A stretch of DNA of 63,059 bases, counting the filler, from Olpidium bornovanus S191 (lineage: Eukaryota > Fungi > Olpidiomycota), in the NCBI GenBank assembly GCA_017911155.1. It is 29 parts of 29 records of this genome, joined end to end, with 100 filler letters (N's around TTAATTAATTAA, not from the genome) between each part and the next. Parts side by side here need not be neighbours in the genome. Positions count along the whole stretch, not along the records: positions 61,890 to 63,059 come from JAEFCI010002406.1; 28 more parts are not named here. The stretch is one strand, 5' to 3'. Within the stretch, counting starts at the first letter, position 1, and every line of letters starts with the position of its first letter. Below, piece by piece: positions 62,791 to 63,059 of the stretch. A program made the position numbers and the translations under genes. Under the pieces are notes generated by a model, which worked only from the letters and a program-made list of their open reading frames with translations, did not search any database and was not told the origin of the DNA.

Positions 62791-63059
62791 TACAGAACTT
62801 TGGGGATCCGTGTAACAAGTCTATTCACGTCACGCACTACCAGTGTTATCGAGGGACGGCATTATCTGGAGACTTGTGCGATTCAGGTTCGGGATCGGGA
62901 TCGAGATCGGGGTCTGCGCGCTCTGTGCAGATCTAGAGTTACGGCCTTTATATACACAGGCGGCTCGTACTTGCACATATCACGGAGCGGGTACGCGTAG
63001 TTGCGGATACGCATGGTGTGTGGCCATACGGGCGCGCGCTGTGCGTGTGAGCGCGCACG

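Overview
This is not one contiguous locus. It is a pseudo-scaffold of 29 short contigs (about 1-4.7 kb) joined by 28 identical 100-bp artificial linkers (44 N + TTAATTAATTAA + 44 N), so adjacency across linkers says nothing about synteny. Most contigs come from a GC-rich, intron-rich fungal nuclear genome full of homopolymer tracts. Fungal families (chitin synthase-like, KCH K+ transporter, BMT5, RRG9, APE4) occur alongside an axonemal-type dynein light chain (DNAL4-like), which points to a zoosporic early-diverging fungus (inference; an Olpidium-like fragmented draft is only a guess). Recognisable host genes, mostly truncated by contig ends: an SDR, calmodulin, derlin, alpha-tubulin, aspartyl aminopeptidase (12 exons), a PXB-domain protein, an MGRN1-like RING E3, EHD3, a Pol beta-like X-family polymerase, RBX1, a PSI-domain protein, a heptad-repeat protein and a PEPCK pseudogene. 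Ty1/copia and Ty3/gypsy debris is abundant. Four foreign-looking pieces stand out: (1) a decayed, intronless viral-type mRNA capping enzyme (TTM triphosphatase plus broken guanylyltransferase) at 3287-4252; (2) a CRESS-DNA-virus Rep motif-I segment (SRAWCFTLNN) between canonical splice signals at 39180-39280; (3) a probable Fanzor/TnpB remnant at about 34480-34720; (4) a wholly bacterial GAF-sigma54 activator contig at 1637-3186. All family assignments come from motif recognition by eye; no database searches were run.
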